From Balamuthia mandrillaris (lineage: Eukaryota), in contig JAVKOQ020000007.1 in assembly GCA_031835245.2 (NCBI GenBank), forward strand, positions 248,001 through 312,000: 64,000 nucleotides of DNA. The letters run 5' to 3'. The notes under the pieces are model-generated. The model ran no database searches. It was given only the letters and a program-made list of their open reading frames with translations, and was not told the origin of the DNA. Positions within the stretch are counted from its first letter, which is position 1. Each line of letters starts with the position of its first letter. The translations under genes were made by a program, and so were the position numbers. Shown here piece by piece: positions 61,861 through 64,000 of this stretch.

Positions 61861-64000
61861 TGGTAGATATCCCACCCCACGACCATAAACTTCCCACCCC
61901 ACCGATAAAAATTCCACCCCTCAGGTAAAAGTCCCAACCTATTAGGGTGACATGAATTATGAGTAACTCTATCGTTACATTGCTACTGTGTTTCTCTTTG
62001 CTTGGCGAGAGGAATAACCGTTGTAAAAGAAACTGTCAGGAATTGAAAGCATGCTGTATCCTTGGTCAACGGTTATTCCTCTCACCATTCTTGCCCGCCA
62101 TACTTTTCTTTTTGTTCCCGCCTTTTTTTTCAATAACGTTACCGTTACTTTTTCTTGGGTTGTAACAAGGTCTTCTTCTTTAACTTTTTTCTTTCAACTA
62201 GAAACAGCTACACACAACCATCACACACCTTTTTTGTTTGTTTGGCTTTTTGTTTTTTCCTTTTTTTTTTTTCTCATTATGGAAGCGAAGAAAAAAAGAT
62301 TTGCCGAGATTTACGGGTGGATTTTTGAACGAAAGGTTCCATTGCAGCAGCTTTCACGGTTGTACAATGGTGGAGAGGATGCTCCGACCTTTTATCGAGT
62401 CCAATGGAGATCAACTCGTGGGCTTACAAAGCGAACAGGAGTGAAGGTGCTTAGTAATCCGCGGACCACCCTTGAAGGAGTGAAAGTGTTGGTGGCGCCT
62501 AAAGTCAAGAAGGTGAAGAATGGGGTCCTTGAGGTTGCACTCAGCGAGAATCTTCACTGCTCTGGCGGCTTTGCCTGTGCTCCTCCTGCAAGAGGAAAGA
62601 AGAACAAAAAACTAAAGGACTGTGAAGTACAAAGCCGTTGGGTGGTGTTTAGAGATGAGCTAAACACGGCCTACATCTACATCCAGAAGGAAGCCCAAAG
62701 CCACGGACCTGGGTTTTGCGCGCCTTCCGCTTTGCCTATGACACCTGCGCTTCGGCAGTGGCTCCGCCAGATGGATGGGCAAGGAACAAAAGAAGACGGA
62801 ATGAATGGGAGAGGAGGAGCAATGACGGCGCACGAGCTGCAACGAATGTTGCTGGGGGGCGCTTGTGAGCTGGTCAAGGATGCTCGGGATGTACCCACTG
62901 TGCAGGAGATTGCCACTGTAATCCACAACGGAAGGAAAAAACTGCGAATCGGCAAGAAAGGGCAAACCAGAGCAGAAGCCCTCCAAGAGGCCTTGAATCG
63001 GCCAGAACTGGCTTCTACTATCCTTTTCCCACCTTTGGAGAGCCGTGAAACGTACATCCTTGATCGCACGGCGGCCCGTCGGCCATGGATGATTTTTCTG
63101 ATCGCGCCTTATGCAGTCACTGTGCTTCAGCGATGGGGTAAGGATGTAGTCGGCCTGGACAGCATCTACAAGCTATCCAAGTCACATCACCCCGTTTGGG
63201 CACTGGTGGTGCTAGATGACTTGGGACGGAGCTGGCCTGTTGCCTTCGCTGTTGCTAGCAAGGAACGAGCAGCAGTTGTGCGCTTTTTCCTTTCGTCTGT
63301 TCGTCACTTTTTTGAGACACAGACGACAACGATCTACTCCCCAAAACCTACGTGGCAACCCTTCGTAATGATCGACAAAGACAAGGTGGAGCGTAACGGG
63401 GCGACAAGTGCTGGCTTTCAGGTGGTGTTGTGTGACTTTCATGCACAACAACTGTGGAGAAAAAAGTTGCGCAGTATGGTTTGTTCTCTCTCTTTCATGC
63501 ATCTGCTCTCTCCCTCTCGTTGTTGCTCATACAAGTAGAAACTAACAATAATACCAAACAACAAGGGAAGGATGATGGAAGTGTATTGGGTTTGTTAAAA
63601 AGACTGCAACATGCCATGACAGAAGATGCAGAGGAAGAAGCAACAAAAGTGTTGAAGAACTATTGCCAAAAAAAGAGGATTACCCGTTTTTGGCAGTACT
63701 TTGACAAGAACTGGCTTTCTCCTCCATGGGCATCAACGTGGAAAAGCATTGATCGTCCTGGGTACCGAGAGGGCTTGTGGAATACCAACAATGCAACAGA
63801 GACGATCTTTCGTAGCATTCTTCGTGATTTCCACTGCAAAGGCACCAAAGGGGATCACAACTTGGTCTTAACGCTAGCAGACAATGTGTTTCGCCGCTAC
63901 AATGTGGAGCTCAACCGCATCGATGTACTACAGCAACGCCCAAGCCTTGGTGTTTGCCGGCTTTGGAGGAGATATCAAGAGGGATTGCGGCTGGCACAGC
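61861..64000 (+). mobile_element. Mutator-like (MULE) DNA transposon; left end plus transposase, continuing beyond the window
   Basis: Abrupt break in the host exon; end (T)GGTAGATATCCCACCCC with ~20-bp subterminal repeats; MULE transposase downstream. Confidence 0.85.
62279..64000 (+). CDS. MULE DDE transposase (intron 63474-63565; 3' end outside the window)
   Basis: GLDSIYK (D1), PVAFAV, MIDKD (D2), CDFH (CxxH), YFDKNWL, NTNNATE (E); frame open through the end of the window after splicing. Confidence 0.87.

Overview
Gene-dense, intron-rich eukaryotic genomic DNA. Gene content (MLCK-A-like kinase, SH2-TKL kinase, cNMP-GRAM-cNMP module, HRDLAARN receptor kinases) points to a free-living amoebozoan (Acanthamoeba/Balamuthia-like); this is inference and was not verified. 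About 24 protein-coding genes were reconstructed by hand across short GT-AG introns, so coordinates are gene spans and exon boundaries are predictions. Conserved genes: 4-coumarate-CoA-ligase-like enzyme, aquaporin, RasGEF, SRP14, ERG2/sigma-1, LIM protein, SPATA20, ORC3, MLCK-A, PRDX5 and an Msp1/ATAD1-like ATPase. Notable content: (1) a tandem array of three receptor kinases with near-identical HYR/kinase exons but hypervariable ectodomain loops, the third broken by an apparently intact Mutator transposon, plus an orphan 94-bp ectodomain fragment about 17 kb upstream of the copy it matches; (2) an F-box cluster including two ankyrin-F-box-pseudo-Rab genes and an F-box-adaptin-mu fusion; (3) a STE20-DEP-cNMP-GRAM-cNMP kinase; (4) three tandem B-box/tRNA-3'-end-like units in a divergent promoter; (5) introns with degenerate donors and A-rich acceptors; (6) repeated promoter modules. 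No complete tRNA, rRNA or CRISPR array was found.
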